From Lachnoclostridium sp. (GTDB taxonomy: Bacteria; Bacillota; Clostridia; Lachnospirales; Lachnospiraceae): a stretch of 64,000 nt of DNA. Position 1 is the first letter of the stretch. Each line of letters begins with the position of its first letter. The notes under the pieces are model-generated. The model searched no databases and was not told the DNA's origin. It saw only the letters and a list, made by a program, of their open reading frames with translations. Position numbers and translations under genes: made by a program. This document shows, in pieces, positions 40,719-49,409 of the stretch. The DNA is taken from NCBI GenBank assembly GCA_021770065.1, contig JAETRR010000012.1, positions 207 through 64,206 on the forward strand. Reading direction: 5' to 3'.

Positions 40719-41585
40719 TCAGACCAAAATTTTTTTATAAAGCTCTAAGTCATTGTCTTTAAAGACATTAAAAATGATCCGTTCCATACAATCGCCATGC
40801 TTTTCCAGGAAAGCCGTTACCGTTTTCCATGCGATTTCCGCCGCCTTATCATTTGGAAAATGAAATTCCCCCGTTGAAATACAACAGAACGCAACAGATC
40901 TGATATCATGTTCCAGGCAGCATTGCAGGACATTTTCATAACAATTTTGCAAATCCCGGCAGAGCATATCATTCAGCCGGCCGTATACAATCGGCCCCAC
41001 TGTGTGAATCACATAATTGCAGGGAAGATTATAGGCTTTTGTTAAAGTAGCCGTGCCTGTCGGCTCTTCGTAGTTCCTGCCATATTTCTGCCGCCTCCGG
41101 CTCATAATACGGCTGCATTCTTCTCTAAGCTGCATTCCCGCCGCACTGTGAATGGCATTGTCAATGCACCTGTGGCAGGGTACAAAGCAGCCCAGCAGCT
41201 GTGAATTAGCGGCATTTACAATGGCACCGGCCTCAAGTCTCGTTATATCTCCCTGCCAAAGTGATATTTTCCTCCCATAAGGAGACTTACTGTTAAATGC
41301 TTCCTTTATTGTCGGAATATCCGCCAGTTTTACGATTCCCTTTGCTTCCCGCTCATCCTGCAGATATTCGTCCTGTAAATCCGTCAATTCATCGGGAAGC
41401 TCTCTCGGCATACGGATATTCATAAGAGAACGGATTGCATTTTTCTTTTCCTCTAAACTGTATTCCCCGGTTTCAAGTTCTTTGTATTCCACCGAGTCTG
41501 CTTTTAATTTTTCCAGAAGAACCTCTGTCTTTTCTGCTCTATTCATTGCTGCCACCATACTTTCCTCATATAATGTCCCGGTCAT
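40719..41585 (-). CDS. macrodomain protein (ADP-ribose hydrolase, SirTM-linked zinc-macro type)
   Basis: ISLWQGDITRLEAGAIVNAANSQLLGCFVPCHRCIDNAIHSAAG is the macro fold, with the C-x-H-x-C zinc motif that I recall from staphylococcal SirTM-linked macrodomains. There is a ~110-aa helical N-extension. Confidence 0.85.
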   Translation of the reverse strand: MTGTLYEESMVAAMNRAEKTEVLLEKLKADSVEYKELETGEYSLEEKKNAIRSLMNIRMPRELPDELTDLQDEYLQDEREAKGIVKLADIPTIKEAFNSKSPYGRKISLWQGDITRLEAGAIVNAANSQLLGCFVPCHRCIDNAIHSAAGMQLREECSRIMSRRRQKYGRNYEEPTGTATLTKAYNLPCNYVIHTVGPIVYGRLNDMLCRDLQNCYENVLQCCLEHDIRSVAFCCISTGEFHFPNDKAAEIAWKTVTAFLEKHGDCMERIIFNVFKDNDLELYKKILV

Positions 41586-41655
41586 TCCTTCAGCTCTACG
41601 GTTTCACTTTCCTGAAAAAGCATAATGCCATCTCCTTTACCTATTCGCCGGGCTT

Positions 41656-41684
41656 ATTATATCAAATCGGGTCAATCGGGTCAA
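41656..41684 (-). promoter_or_regulatory. near-consensus sigma-A promoter for the macro/NTase genes
   Basis: Minus strand reads TTGACC (41684..41679), a 17-nt spacer, then TATAAT (41661..41656). It is embedded in four GGTCA/TGACC half-sites. Confidence 0.65.
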
Positions 41685-41816
41685 TGCGCATGACACGATT
41701 GTGACCTAATCCTGATTTGACCTGATATTTTCATTATGCTCGCAAATGAGGGCGAGTATTAACATCAAAAGCCGTCCTCTCTGAAAACCAGCCAGTAAGC
41801 ACATAAATCTGCTGTC

Positions 41817-42740
41817 TTATAATTGTTTCAGTATCTCTCCAATGTCTGCATTGATACAGACGGAGCGCTTTGCAATTTTCTCGGGTACATAGGCTTCCCC
41901 ATAATTGATACAGACATAAACTGCCTTCGGATTCGCTGCCGTCATCTGCCAGAACGGATATTTTATAATCCCGGGTGTATTAAACCCGACACCGAGTTCC
42001 AGCAGAACGGCCTTTTTCTGCTCCGTTTTTTTCAGAAAATTGTTATATCGTCCTGCTGCCTCATGCCAGTTTTCATCTTCCACAAAATACTGATCACAGC
42101 GAAGGTGCATTGTCATATTGCCGCCGCATACGGGACATTTCGGCACCATATAAGAAGGCACCAGACAGTCATGCCTCGCCCGATCCATCCGGCGGAATAA
42201 ATCCTCTGCATCATAAATCTTCGGATGACACCCCTTTTCACATTGAATATTACCGTAATCTCCCTGTGTTGCAAAAATACGCTCCGTCCGAAACCCGGCT
42301 TTTTGAAACTGGTGATCAACATTCGTTGTTAAAACAAAATACTCTTTTTCTTTTACAATTTCATAAAGCCGATGATATAAAGGCAGTGCAGGCGGAAGGA
42401 AACGGTTTATCATGCTGTGTTTTGACCAGTAACCCCATTTTGCCTCCTGTGTGGGAAACGGATAAAAACCCGCCGCATACATATCCGTCATATACGCAGT
42501 ACCATATTTTTCTATAAACTCACCAAAGTTACGGGTAAACCGTTCCCCGCTATAAGTAAGTCCGGCAGCAGCAGACATTCCTGCCCCTGCACCAATCAGT
42601 ATGATATCAGCCGCCTTTATCAGCGCGGACACATGTTCCATCTGCTCCGCATATGGAATATTTTGAAAAATGTAATCTCCGGCAGGCACACCGTTTAAAA
42701 TCCGCGAACCATTAATTCTCTTTTTCTGACTCTGCTTCAT
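41817..42740 (-). CDS. SIR2 family protein, class M (SirTM-like NAD-dependent ADP-ribosyltransferase)
   Basis: Contains the Rossmann motif GAGAGMSAAAG and TTNVDHQF. ATQGDY stands where canonical sirtuins have the catalytic HG. The zinc ribbon is CEKGC...CPVCGG. Confidence 0.8.
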   Translation of the reverse strand: MKQSQKKRINGSRILNGVPAGDYIFQNIPYAEQMEHVSALIKAADIILIGAGAGMSAAAGLTYSGERFTRNFGEFIEKYGTAYMTDMYAAGFYPFPTQEAKWGYWSKHSMINRFLPPALPLYHRLYEIVKEKEYFVLTTNVDHQFQKAGFRTERIFATQGDYGNIQCEKGCHPKIYDAEDLFRRMDRARHDCLVPSYMVPKCPVCGGNMTMHLRCDQYFVEDENWHEAAGRYNNFLKKTEQKKAVLLELGVGFNTPGIIKYPFWQMTAANPKAVYVCINYGEAYVPEKIAKRSVCINADIGEILKQL

Positions 42741-42805
42741 AATCCATCAACCCCTTTTCGCACTGCACCGCGCCGCTTCTTCCTGGTATTTAACCGTTCA
42801 CCAGA

Positions 42806-42825
42806 TGTAATTATAATCATTACAG
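42806..42825. promoter_or_regulatory. PerR-like box upstream of the SirTM gene
   Basis: TGTAATTATAATCATTACAG contains TTATAAT-C-ATTACAG and shares the 10-nt core TAATCATTAC with the rbr operator. It lies ~70 nt upstream of the start at 42740. Confidence 0.45.
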
Positions 42826-43093
42826 CTCATAACTATACAATAGCACCTTTTTGTTGTAATGTCAACAATTACAACTATTAATAAAGAAAATTTTACGCAC
42901 ATGCCGGATATTCGTTTCGTTCTTACACTTGCCTAAAATATTCCTAACCACATTACCAGCTCCATTCCCAATATGCATAAAATCATTCCCAAGTGTTGAC
43001 ATTTCTATTTCCATGGTATAATATATCAGTATCTACACATAGTATTTAAAACTACATGTTGAAATATAGTTATTCAAAAAAGGAGATGTCCAT

Positions 43094-43762
43094 ATGAAGT
43101 TTGAATTTCAAATCAAAGATCCCGGCAGCGCCATCACTCATTTTATCGGCATGCTCATGGCCGCATTTGCCGCAACCCCCTTACTGATCCGTGCTGCCAG
43201 GCAGCCGGATACCATCCATCTAATCTCACTGGCCATTTTTATCGGAAGCATGATCCTGCTTTACGGAGCCAGTACCACCTACCACACCCTGAACCTTTCC
43301 GAGCGTTCCAACCGAATTCTCCGAAAGATCGATCACATGATGATATTCATCCTCATCGCAGGTTCCTACACCCCCGTATGTCTGATCGTACTGGGCGGCA
43401 GAACCGGCTACAGCCTGTGCGCGCTCGTATGGGGCATCGCACTGGCCGGAATCCTGATAAAAGCATTCTGGATCACCTGCCCGAAATGGTTCTCATCCAC
43501 ACTATACATTGCCATGGGCTGGGTCTGCGTGCTGGCCTTCACCCAGATCCTCAACTCCCTCTCTCCTGCCGCTTTCGGATGGCTTCTGGCCGGCGGAATC
43601 ATCTACACCATAGGCGGCATCATCTACGCACTGAAGCTTCCCCTCTTCAATGCACGCCACAAGTACTTCGGTTCCCACGAGATCTTCCACCTCTTCGTCA
43701 TGGGCGGAAGCATCTGCCACTTCATTATGATGTACGTATTCGTAGCCCCCATGCCAATCTAA
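43094..43762 (+). CDS. hemolysin III / PAQR family membrane protein
   Basis: A 7-TM protein containing SAITHFIG, STTYH and the C-terminal HEIFHLFV motif. The promoter TTGACA...TGGTATAAT lies upstream. Confidence 0.88.
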   Translation: MKFEFQIKDPGSAITHFIGMLMAAFAATPLLIRAARQPDTIHLISLAIFIGSMILLYGASTTYHTLNLSERSNRILRKIDHMMIFILIAGSYTPVCLIVLGGRTGYSLCALVWGIALAGILIKAFWITCPKWFSSTLYIAMGWVCVLAFTQILNSLSPAAFGWLLAGGIIYTIGGIIYALKLPLFNARHKYFGSHEIFHLFVMGGSICHFIMMYVFVAPMPI

Positions 43763-43938
43763 TTCAGCGTCCTAAACCAAACAGCATTCGACGTAATTGC
43801 TTCTGTTATTTATCAAATGCTATACCAGCACATCATAACCAATTGCCAAAAACAATAAAACCCCTTATAATAAAAGAACCTTCCCAATTTTAAACAGGAA
43901 GGTTCTTTCACAAAATAACCCTCACACCCCCAAAACCA

Positions 43939-44196
43939 GGTCCGGCCGTGAAAGAAGCCGGCATGCTTTTCCGATATCAAGTGTCCAGCTGTTCGCGTAC
44001 ATCCTGTCTGATATGGACGAACATTGTCCAAGATATCTTCTGATTTGCAGATACATTCATAGAGCAATGTTCGTACAGAGCAGACAGGGTGTACGAGAAC
44101 CGTCCGAACCGTTGTGATAAGGAGGGACCCACAAAGTGGGAGGATTCCTTATTGCTGGATATGGAAAAGCATGCCGGCTTCTTTCACGGCCGGACC
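43939..44196 (+). other. 258-nt element bounded by perfect 34-bp inverted repeats; candidate structured RNA or MITE-like/invertible element
   Basis: 43939..43972 is the exact reverse complement of 44163..44196. Nested internal helices pair 43996..44010 with 44081..44095, 44017..44026 with 44065..44074, and 44117..44123 with 44146..44152. Confidence 0.6.
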
Positions 44197-44222
44197 GTCC
44201 CCCCAGGAAGCAAAATTCTCCC

Positions 44223-44504
44223 ATGAAAGCATACACCTACATCCTAAAATGCTCCGACAACACCCTCTACACCGGCTGGACCACAGATCTCCCCAAACGC
44301 CTGAAATCCCACAACCAGGGCAAAGGCGCCAAATACACCCGTTCCCGCCTCCCGGTAACCCTTATCTATTACGAAACCTTCGAAACCAAACAAGAAGCCA
44401 TGTCCCGGGAAGCCGCCATCAAAAAACTAAGCCGCCCCCAAAAGGAACGGCTTATCAGTTCAAAAAACCACGACTATCAAAACACTACTGCAGCAAAGTC
44501 ATAG
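44223..44504 (+). CDS. GIY-YIG nuclease family protein (YazA/UPF0213-like)
   Basis: The protein begins [39 protein letters not shown], so GIY-YIG core motifs are present. The ATG is at 44223. Confidence 0.88.
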   Translation: MKAYTYILKCSDNTLYTGWTTDLPKRLKSHNQGKGAKYTRSRLPVTLIYYETFETKQEAMSREAAIKKLSRPQKERLISSKNHDYQNTTAAKS

Positions 44505-45402
44505 GATCAACACTCTCCCCATCCTTACGCACTGCAAAATACACATTGCACCCCTCCTGGGCATAATACTTCGTAGGCTCACTCACATACCCGATAGTCT
44601 CACCGGCCTTCAGGTAATCCCCTTCCTTCACCGTAAGCTCCTTAAGCTGCCCGTAAACAAGCTCATATCCATCGCCAATATCCATAGTAACCGTAGTCCC
44701 TGTCTCGTCCAAAGTCTCAATGGATGTAACCTTTCCCTGCGCAGCACACATTACAGAGGCATCCAGACTTCCCTGTATAATCACCGCCGGATTATATTTA
44801 TACTGATTCAGAGTAGAAAAATAAACAGACTTGTCCATGCTGTAATCCAGAATAACATTTCCCGCAACAGGCCAGAAAAGCTTGTCTGTCTCTGCGGAAA
44901 AAGAAAGAGTCGGCTCCTCTGCCATAGCATCCGACGACGCCTCTTCCATCTCATCTATCACAACATTTTCGGCAATCTCTGCACTCTCCGACTGAAATTC
45001 GCTTTCTAACTCCGCCTCATTAATCACTTTTGTATCTACAGCCTTATCTGTCTTGTCCGTTTCCGTATCACGCTTTGCCGAGGCGGACGCCGCCTCCTGC
45101 CGCTGCTCTTCTTCTCTTTCTTCTTCCTGCTCCTGAACCTTTTGTGCCTCCGCCTGTTTTGCCTTTTCCTCTTCCTGTTTTTTCTGCTCGGCCTGCGCTA
45201 CCTTCTGCTCAATCTCATTCTGCTTCTGCTCGCTTTTCCCCACCGTATACATACCAATCATAGCAACAACGGCAAGGAGGCAGAGACTGAAAGCAGCTGT
45301 AACGGATCGGCCTCCCATAAATGTACCTTTTTTCTTTCTTTTTACTGTCATAAGCTTCACCTCTATACTAGATTTCACACGTTTCTCTGTGCTGCTAACC
45401 AT
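44485..45402 (-). CDS. degenerate LytM/M23 domain membrane protein, SpoIIQ-like
   Basis: It has an N-terminal TM and an E/Q/K-rich linker. The C-terminal LytM fold has its catalytic His motifs replaced (YNPAVII and NVYFAV). It lies directly downstream of spoIID. The start may be at 45351. Confidence 0.7.
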   Translation of the reverse strand: MVSSTEKRVKSSIEVKLMTVKRKKKGTFMGGRSVTAAFSLCLLAVVAMIGMYTVGKSEQKQNEIEQKVAQAEQKKQEEEKAKQAEAQKVQEQEEEREEEQRQEAASASAKRDTETDKTDKAVDTKVINEAELESEFQSESAEIAENVVIDEMEEASSDAMAEEPTLSFSAETDKLFWPVAGNVILDYSMDKSVYFSTLNQYKYNPAVIIQGSLDASVMCAAQGKVTSIETLDETGTTVTMDIGDGYELVYGQLKELTVKEGDYLKAGETIGYVSEPTKYYAQEGCNVYFAVRKDGESVDPMTLLQ

Positions 45403-45414
45403 AGGATAGCCACT

Positions 45415-46284
45415 TTAGGAGAAGCTTATACATTCCACATTTTTATAAAAATAGAGTAATATTTCCAGATAGGGCCGTCCATCCTGTGCCTGCCGATTGG
45501 CCTGGAATATACTTAAACCAAGACCGTGTCCAAGCCCCTTTGTGACCACGCGAACTCCTTCCTCTGTCTGCTCCAGTGTAAAATTACTGGAATTCAGGGA
45601 GAAACGGCTGCGAAATTCTTCTCCGGCCAGATACTCTTCTCCCATGCGGATCTCTGTCACATATCCCGCATCATCCCGCTCCGTAATCTCCGGAAGCTCC
45701 GAAAGCGTCAGAAACTGAATATTCAGATAATCCGCCGACTCGACATCCCCCGGACAGTCCACGGATTCCAGATAAGAATATCCCACCCCCAGAACCCCGC
45801 CGCTGCGGGTTCTTCCGGCGCTCACCGCATGATAGGGAAGTTCCACCGGCATATTGTCAATGGTCAATATCTGCCCTTCCGTTGCCTGTACTGCCTGCCA
45901 GATCTTTTCCTGATATGCCTCCCACTGTTCATAGCCCCAGAGCCGCTCAAGCTCCTCCGGCGAAGCATAGGAAAATCCCATAGCCTTCAAATCGCTCTGC
46001 CTGACAGCTTCTGCCGCCTCTTGAATACTGTCTGTTCCATAAAATTCTATACTTTTCTTCAGAAGGTTCGTCCGTATAATCACAGCCTGGGCCTTGAGTG
46101 CTTCTATATGGCAGGAAACGGGTATCTGTCCCGGCAGAATTCCTGCCACATAGTCTTCAAGGCCCGGTACTTCGGCTGCTTTTCCCTCTCTTCTCATATT
46201 TCCTGTGCGAAAAACCACAGCTACATAAGGAAGCAGTATTAAAATAATAAATATGGATATTCCTGTCTTTATTTTTTCTCTCAT
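45415..46284 (-). CDS. spoIID: stage II sporulation protein D (SpoIID/LytB domain)
   Basis: It has an N-terminal TM and contains EALKAQAVIIRT, YHAVSAGRT and GHGLGLS. Confidence 0.85.
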   Translation of the reverse strand: MREKIKTGISIFIILILLPYVAVVFRTGNMRREGKAAEVPGLEDYVAGILPGQIPVSCHIEALKAQAVIIRTNLLKKSIEFYGTDSIQEAAEAVRQSDLKAMGFSYASPEELERLWGYEQWEAYQEKIWQAVQATEGQILTIDNMPVELPYHAVSAGRTRSGGVLGVGYSYLESVDCPGDVESADYLNIQFLTLSELPEITERDDAGYVTEIRMGEEYLAGEEFRSRFSLNSSNFTLEQTEEGVRVVTKGLGHGLGLSIFQANRQAQDGRPYLEILLYFYKNVECISFS

Positions 46285-46397
46285 TTTACATCTTATGAAC
46301 AGGCCGAAAAAATAAACACTTTTATTTTACCCATCGCATATTTTGTTGTATATACTGTCACCCCCAAAATAAACCGTTTTTAAATTGTATTAATTCC

Positions 46398-47693
46398 TTA
46401 CATCATTAAACCTGGTAAAACAGATGTCAGCTGGGGTATATATGTCACGCAGAGCAGTATAACAATCTCGCCAAGTACATACGGCAGTATCGCCCTGCCT
46501 CCTTTCGCCAGAGATACTTTCCCAATTTTACAGCCTATAAAAAGGCACAGCCCCAGCGGAGGCGTGGCATGCCCGATGACCAGATTTATACACATGATTA
46601 TACCAAAATGAACCGGATCAACCCCATAGGCTGCCGCAAGGGGAGCTAAAATCGGTGCCAAGAGAATTAAGGAAGCGGATGCATCCATAAAGGTTCCTAC
46701 CATCAACAAAAAAATGTTTATCAAAAGCAAAAAAAGTATTTTAGAGCTGACAAAGGTATGAAAAAATGTGCCTATTATCTCTGAAATGTGCAGCAGCGCC
46801 ATGACCCAGCTGAGAATTTTTGAACATCCGACAATCATAAGGATCGATGCTGTCGTCTGACCGGAAGTCTTCAGCATGCCAATGACATCCCTCCAGGTGA
46901 CTGTTTTCAGAAAAAATAAAGCTATAATCAGAGAATAAAGTACTGCAATTGCTCCCGCCTCTGTCGCTGTAAAAATGCCTCCAAGAATGCCTCCCATTAA
47001 AATAATGGGCATTCCAAGCGGAATCAGTGCGTCAATAATAATTTTTTTCGCTTCTTCCCTGGTATATTTTTTTGCAGAGCGCGGGAAATGATATTTTCTG
47101 TCACGTATCATAACCACACCCATCAGTCCTAAGCCGACCATTACGCCGGGAATCAAGGCCCCCATAAACATTTCCCCTATTGATACATTCATTGTACTGC
47201 CATACAGCACCATAATGATACTTGGCGGAATTATAGGGCCAATGCAGGATGAAGACGCAGTAACGGCAACCGCTTCTTCCCTTGTATAGCCATCCTCCAC
47301 CATTGCCGGAATCAGAATGCCTCCGACACAGGAAGTGTCCGCCTGCGCCGAGCCCGTAATTCCGCCGAAAAACATGCTGGAAAGAATATTTACATGAGCC
47401 AGGCTTGCAGGAATACGGCCGATAATCAGCTTTGACAGCTTGATCAGCCTTGTTGTTATCCCTCCTTTATTCATCAATTCTCCGGCAAACACGAAAAACG
47501 GAACCGCAATAAGTGTATAGTAGTTAATTCCTGAATATAAGCATTGAGGTATCATCGTCATCGGATTCCCATCAACAAAAATCAGCCCGATCACCCCTGC
47601 TATCCCGATAGCCCAGCAAATCGGAACTGCTAAAAAAATCAAAAGAAACAGCAGCAGAATCAAAAATACAATTGTCATCTTACTCACCCCCAT
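46398..47693 (-). CDS. TRAP transporter large permease (DctM family)
   Basis: A 431-aa polytopic protein with typical DctM segments (FFGGITGSAQADT and GIIMCINLVIGHATPP). Confidence 0.9.
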   Translation of the reverse strand: MGVSKMTIVFLILLLFLLIFLAVPICWAIGIAGVIGLIFVDGNPMTMIPQCLYSGINYYTLIAVPFFVFAGELMNKGGITTRLIKLSKLIIGRIPASLAHVNILSSMFFGGITGSAQADTSCVGGILIPAMVEDGYTREEAVAVTASSSCIGPIIPPSIIMVLYGSTMNVSIGEMFMGALIPGVMVGLGLMGVVMIRDRKYHFPRSAKKYTREEAKKIIIDALIPLGMPIILMGGILGGIFTATEAGAIAVLYSLIIALFFLKTVTWRDVIGMLKTSGQTTASILMIVGCSKILSWVMALLHISEIIGTFFHTFVSSKILFLLLINIFLLMVGTFMDASASLILLAPILAPLAAAYGVDPVHFGIIMCINLVIGHATPPLGLCLFIGCKIGKVSLAKGGRAILPYVLGEIVILLCVTYIPQLTSVLPGLMM

Positions 47694-48222
47694 CCTGTTC
47701 AGATACGGAATTCATATGTTCCTCAACCGGTATAAAGCGACATTCATTATTTCTGATATCTTTGGCTATATTTAACAAGGTTTCTATGATATATAAAATA
47801 CAGGACACGGGTATTAATCCATAAAAGAATACCATAGGCCATTTAAGCATCGTTGATTTTTGCGCGCCGACGGTGCCCAGAAAGCGAAATCCGGCCACGC
47901 AGAAATAAAACAATAAAACCAGAACCATGATATTTATCAGAAAGTACCCTGCTGTCTGGAGTTTTCGCGGCAGCTTACACATTAGTCCGTCAAGGCTGGT
48001 ATTCAGCTTATCCCGTACACAGCCTGCAGTCCCAATCAGTCCGATAATCAGCATGCCGAATCCGATAAATTCATCGCTCCAGATAATTGCGGAATAAAAA
48101 ACATATCTCATCAATATGTTTAAAATCGTCATAATCAGTATGGCAACAGTAGCAATAATCAGAACAGCATCCTCAAGCTGGTGGAGTATCCGAAATAATA
48201 TAAAATTTTCTATTTTTTTCAT
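47680..48222 (-). CDS. TRAP transporter small permease (DctQ family)
   Basis: A 180-aa 4-TM protein. It overlaps the dctM start by 14 nt and follows the dctP-like gene. Confidence 0.85.
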   Translation of the reverse strand: MKKIENFILFRILHQLEDAVLIIATVAILIMTILNILMRYVFYSAIIWSDEFIGFGMLIIGLIGTAGCVRDKLNTSLDGLMCKLPRKLQTAGYFLINIMVLVLLFYFCVAGFRFLGTVGAQKSTMLKWPMVFFYGLIPVSCILYIIETLLNIAKDIRNNECRFIPVEEHMNSVSEQDGGE

Positions 48223-48287
48223 AGTACCTCCTTAAAAGAAAGATTCTCCGCCAGCTATTCTTTCAAATCTCTGGCGGAGTAACAGCT

Positions 48288-49379
48288 TTACCTTCCTACA
48301 GCAGCCATCATTGCATCATACAATTCTTCCGCATCCGGCACCTCTTTAAAAAATTCATCGTATAAAGGTGCCGTAATATCTACAAATTTCTGATGGTTTT
48401 CTTCTGTAATTGTATTAACCTCGCACCCGGCTGCCTTTAAATTTTCAAGCGCTTCTGCTTCGTATTCTTCATATGCCTGCCACTGCCATACTTCCCATTC
48501 CGCCCCGGCCTCATCAATCGCTGCCTGCAGGTCTTCCGGCAAATTACTGTAAGCATTGTGGCTCATCATAATACACCCCGGCTGGCGGACCATCTCTGTT
48601 AAAGAAACGTATTTACACAAATCCTGGAATTGTGCGTCATACAGATAAACAGCCGAGTTATCTGCGCCGTCAACTGTTCCCTGCTGAATAGCAGAATATA
48701 CTTCCGTCCATCCCATCGCCACGGGATTAAAGCCGCATAACTCAAATCCTTTTGCGATATAAACATCCTGGAGACATCTGATCGTGATTCCGCTGCAGTC
48801 GCCCGGTTCATTTATGGGCCGGATCTTATTTATAACAGAACGTGCCCCGGCATCCTCTACACCAAGAAGTTTCATGCCGATCTCCTGTAAATCATTGTCC
48901 AGTAATCCGCGAACCGCTTCATCCTGAAAGGCCGCCTGTGCTTCCTGATAATTTGAAAACATAAACGGAAGGCTGAATACGCTCCAGCGGTTATTCCAGC
49001 TTGAAATGTTAGTTGCTGCACACTGGCAGATATCAACTGTGCCTGTACGGAGTCCTTCCAGATTAGCAACTATATCGCCCAGCTGCCCTGCCGGATACAG
49101 CTCCACCTTGATACGTCCTTCTGACTTTTCCTCGATGAGCTCTGCCATTTTTACACACATATCCGAACCAAAGGTTCCTTCATTATGTGTATATGCGAAA
49201 GTCATAGTGTATTCCGGCGATGAAACCACCGATTCCGGCTGCTCCTCTTTTGATGCTCCTTCCGCTGTGGTTACATTTTCAGAAGGTATATCTGTATCTT
49301 CTTTTGTCCGGGTGCCGCACCCTGCTGCACATATCAGAATAAATACCAGCACTAAAAGCAATACATTATTTTTTTTCAT
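48288..49379 (-). CDS. TRAP transporter substrate-binding lipoprotein (DctP family)
   Basis: It has the lipobox LICAAGCG and a DctP-like fold, and it sits at the head of the Q/M genes. Confidence 0.85.
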   Translation of the reverse strand: MKKNNVLLLVLVFILICAAGCGTRTKEDTDIPSENVTTAEGASKEEQPESVVSSPEYTMTFAYTHNEGTFGSDMCVKMAELIEEKSEGRIKVELYPAGQLGDIVANLEGLRTGTVDICQCAATNISSWNNRWSVFSLPFMFSNYQEAQAAFQDEAVRGLLDNDLQEIGMKLLGVEDAGARSVINKIRPINEPGDCSGITIRCLQDVYIAKGFELCGFNPVAMGWTEVYSAIQQGTVDGADNSAVYLYDAQFQDLCKYVSLTEMVRQPGCIMMSHNAYSNLPEDLQAAIDEAGAEWEVWQWQAYEEYEAEALENLKAAGCEVNTITEENHQKFVDITAPLYDEFFKEVPDAEELYDAMMAAVGR

Positions 49380-49409
49380 ACCTGACTCCTTTCTTAATCC
49401 CCTTGCATC

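Noticed and set aside
43813-44067. An 84-aa minus-strand ORF. A related issue is the 44114/44136 plus-strand ORF extensions.
   Set aside because: They lie inside the inverted-repeat element, are Cys/Trp/Pro-rich and lack an RBS. GIY-YIG similarity starts only at the ATG at 44223.
43939-44196. 6S RNA as the identity of the inverted-repeat element.
   Set aside because: 6S RNA is a single interrupted rod of about 190 nt with a large central bubble. This element is 258 nt with a perfect 34-bp closing helix and a three-way junction. The 6S call is not supported, and its identity is left open.
45526-46242. A 238-aa plus-strand ORF.
   Set aside because: It is antisense to spoIID, which carries the conserved SpoIID motifs.
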